A DNA stretch of 64,000 nucleotides from Camelus ferus. Taxonomy: Eukaryota. The stretch spans positions 50,904,001 through 50,968,000 of the forward strand of contig NC_045696.1 of assembly GCF_009834535.1 (NCBI RefSeq). Reading direction: 5' to 3'. The notes beneath the pieces were generated by a model. The model ran no database searches and was not told the origin of the DNA. It saw nothing but the letters and a program-made list of their open reading frames with translations. Of this stretch, positions 60,481-64,000 are shown in pieces (the stretch's first letter is position 1; every line of letters begins with the position of its first letter). A program made the position numbers and the translations under genes.

Positions 60481-63299
60481 AAGAAACATAATTAATGAAC
60501 TTGAGCTAATTAATGTATTTTGAAAACTGTATCTCAATATGATAGAATGCCTAAACATTTTAAGTGTAGATGCAACCTTTACCAAAATTGCCAAGCTCTC
60601 GTGCATGTCTTGATATATTTCAAAGGACTGAAATCCTTGTATATGGAATTCAGATAGAAATCAACTACAAATTGGTATCTAGAAAATCCCCAAGGGTTTG
60701 GAAGTTAAGTAGTCTACTTCTAAATAACTTATGAGTCAAAGAAATCAAAATTAAAATTAGAAAATGTTTTAAACAAATGATAATGAAAATATCCAAGCTT
60801 CTGAGATGCAAATAAAGCACAGCTTAGAGAAAAACCTGTAGCTTTCAAATGTATATGTAAGGAAAGAAGAATGACTCAAAATCAAGGTGTTAAGTAACCA
60901 TTTCAAGAAGTTGGAGAACTGAAAATAAAATTCAAAGAAGGTAGAAGGAAGTACTAAAATAAAAGCACAAAACAATGAAACATAGAACAGATTGACAATG
61001 GACAAAATCAACTAAACCGCAAATCAGTTATTTGAAATATCTAGTATTATTTTTGTACCTGTGTAAAAAAAAAATTAAAATGGCTTGCCCATGGAAAAGA
61101 GACTTGAACAGACACTTCACAAAAGAAGTTATCCAAATGGTCCAAAAACACAACTTCATTAGCTATCAGAAATGCAAATTAAACCTATAATGAGATCCCA
61201 CTGCGCTTCCCAAATTGCTACACTTTGAAAGAACCAACAATGTAGTTCCACTCTAGTTATATACCCAACTCCTAGATATAAAATTGTGCTATTCATTCAA
61301 TGGAATACCACACAATAATATAAATGAACAAACTACTGCAGTCCCTAACAACAATAAATCTCACAAATACAATGCTGAGCAAAAGAAGCCAGACAAAAGA
61401 AATACATACTGTTTGATTGCATTTACATAAAGTTTAAAAACAAGTGAAACTATTTTGTAATGTTAGAAGTTAGGACAGTGATACTTTTCAGCAAGAAAGA
61501 AGAGGTGCATGATTATGCTGACTTGGTGAGAATTCATTTAGATATATACTTACGATTTTTGCATTTTTTTTTGGTTGGAAAGAAAGGTGCTTTATTCAGG
61601 AGGCTGGCAACTGGGGAGAAGGTGGACTTGTGTCCAAGAACCAACTCCCTAACTTTTCTAGATGTTTGTTACACTTCAGTAAAAAAGTTACTTTTTGAAG
61701 AATCAGAATATTTAAAAATATTTATATGCTACTTTTTTGCAGCTTGTTTTCCATATCAGAATTTTCTGTTCTGGTACAAAGCATTCCTCAAATTTTATAA
61801 AGCAATTTATTCTGAAGTCTGTAGCCAGTGGAGTTGCTAATAGGAATCAAATATCTGTCTTGGTCTTCTCTACAGCCCTTGACAGTATATACCCTTAGAT
61901 GGACAGGTGGATTAATGAAAGATCAGAAAGATGGAGAAGTAGTTACAGCATTTTTTCCAAGTCACTCCATTAATTTTGGTGTAGAAAAAAGTGACATGAT
62001 AACTTCAAGAGCAAAGAATCCCCCCACCCACCAGAAGAAAAAGACAGAAAAAGATCAATTAAATCGAAGTCTCTAGGAGGGAGGTTTGAGCATTATAGAA
62101 TATATATTTTTTAAGTTCCCAGGTGATTTTAATCTGCAGCCAGAGTTAAGAACAAGTACATTTGAACAGTTTCTACATATGGTGCTTATGTTTGTTTTAA
62201 TAGTAAATTTGTTTATGATATTAAATAATGTGGGAATTTGTGCTTGTAACTTGAAGGAGGTAGCAGCACATTACTGCTCTGAAGTGCAGACTGAACTTCA
62301 GAGAAGCCTTAGCTTTACTAATTGGTCTCTGTATCTGACCTGTCACTGTCACCTGGGAGCAGTGTACTTGAATTCTAGGGCTGGTATCTGTGAGGCTAAT
62401 TAGACCCTTTGGAGAACTGAATTCTGTGACACTGAAGTCATAAGGTCACAACTCTGTGCGAGTGTTAGTGAATGAGATGCGTGTGGTGAAACTGCAAATC
62501 TATTCCCTCATGTTGTCTTCTGTTTCCATCTCTCACAATGTGACTTGACCTCAGCAACCAGACATTTAGAGAATTTCAAAATGCACAGTTACCAGGGCTT
62601 TTATGAGACTAAGATAAGCCTGAGAAGAGATGGTAACTGAGATCTTTGTGTCTCTTCCTCCCTGGCTCTGGATTGTCCTATACAAGCCTTGCTGGAAACC
62701 CAGAAATCCAGAGGATGATGGTAAACAGACCAGAACTGAGGGCTGTGGTGAGATCTGGCCTCACGTTGCAGTCCTTGCTGTATGTTTTTCAGCAGCAGAG
62801 TAGAAGGTATATGAAACACATTCTGGGATTTTTTTTCTCTAGAATCATAAATCTTAAGAACAGAAGGATCTTTGGAAATCAAATCCACTCATTTCATTTT
62901 TACACGTGAGCAAACTCATGCCCTGAGAGGTTAAATGATTTGTCCAAACACACAACTATGAAACGGCAAAATTAAGACTAGATTTGCCTTCTGACTTCCA
63001 GTTCTGTGCTCTTCCCACTGTAACATGCTATTTCTATTTTCTGTTGAAAATTGTCCTCCTAATTTTTGTTGCCCTAAATATGTTTCTCAATTCCATGAAG
63101 TATTTATTTAAATCCTGCTTAAAAAATAAAACTCTGCCTTAAAGCATTACTCCTTGCCATCTTAACTCTCCCCTACCTGCCTCCACATACACATACACCA
63201 GCTCTGCCACCGCTCCTTTTCCCAGACCCCACTGCCCTGGTGTTCAGTGCTGCAGAGTGTGACGTTGCAGACAGGGAAGGGCAGGAGGCTGTAGGGACT

Positions 63300-64000
63300 G
63301 GCAGGCACCTGATCCTGGGGTGAGAGGAGCTTGGAAGGGCTGTTAAGAAATGCAGATAGTTGTCTAAATTGTGACAATTGTGTGGAGGATGGATTCGAAG
63401 GGGACAAGACCAGACGCAGAGAAATTAGAAGGTGATGCAGTGGTCAAGATAAATAATGAGATGAGTCGAAGAATTTGGAGGTGAAATTGACAAAACTTGA
63501 TTGGATACGAGGAGCAAGAGAAACGGGAGAGTCAAAGATGACCTTCTAATTTGTCGATGGCGGTGCCACTAAAAGATGAGAATTTTGAGGAGGGGAGGAA
63601 GAGATCAGTTCACTTTGGGACATGTTGAACTTGTGCAGATGCCCAGCAGAGTATTGAACATATACCAGCATGACGATCAGGAGAGAGAGCTGAGTTACAG
63701 AGAGCCGGCTGAGTAGAAATGCTTTAAGAAGGCTGGGCCACGCGATGCCTGAGGCGGAGTTACCCGAGATAAGGGGAGAGACAGGCAGTACTCAGCCCTT
63801 GATCTCTGAGATCTTGTATGCTGCACCAGGGAGTTTAGACTTCACCTTTTAGATCATGGGAGCCACTAAAGGATTTTAAGCAACAGAATATCATGAACAG
63901 ATTTGATTTTTAGAGATGACTTTAGTGACCATGTGGAAGATGAACTGGAGAGAGAAGAGGCAAATACACACATGGGGATAATTTAGTAATTCAAAAAATA
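63300..64000 (+). mobile_element. L2 remnants
   Basis: GATCAGTTCACTTTGGGACATGTTGAAC and GGGAGCCACTAAAGGATTTTAAGCA are L2-type motifs. Confidence 0.6.

Noticed and set aside
58150..64000. SIDT1 exon 4
   Set aside because: I could not find a segment encoding the expected TNVAFHFTASPSQPQ-like peptide; it probably lies beyond the window.
1..64000. CRISPR array, operon or prokaryotic defence system
   Set aside because: No regularly spaced repeat-spacer structure or gene-dense region; the sequence is intron-rich mammalian DNA.

Overview
This is mammalian nuclear DNA, not prokaryotic, and probably from a camelid (inferred from several copies of a tRNA-derived SINE resembling the camelid Vic-1 family). 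Two genes diverge head-to-head from separate CpG islands about 14 kb apart. SPICE1 is on the minus strand (probable non-coding exon 1 near 13.8-13.9 kb; coding exons 7455-7553, 4797-4844, 1172-1315). SIDT1 is on the plus strand (coding exons 28021-28231, 56854-56975, 57979-58149). Both genes continue outside the window. The spacer between them holds an old L1 split by a PTP4A1 processed pseudogene, and a decayed class I ERV provirus (gag, pol and env remnants, both LTRs, a nested solo LTR, and an inversion through the 3' LTR). The rest is ordinary interspersed repeat and intron. Most notable: (1) SIDT1 exon 1 carries a +1 frameshift near 28177 while exons 2-3 are intact, so this is either an assembly error or a real loss-of-function allele; (2) a candidate alternative first exon in intron 1 (ATG 43640, donor 43670) would splice in frame to exon 2 and bypass that lesion. 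No CRISPR array, rRNA or genuine tRNA gene was seen, and I found no clearly novel multi-gene system. Gene and repeat family names come from remembered sequences, not database searches; repeat boundaries without TSD or TIR evidence are approximate.
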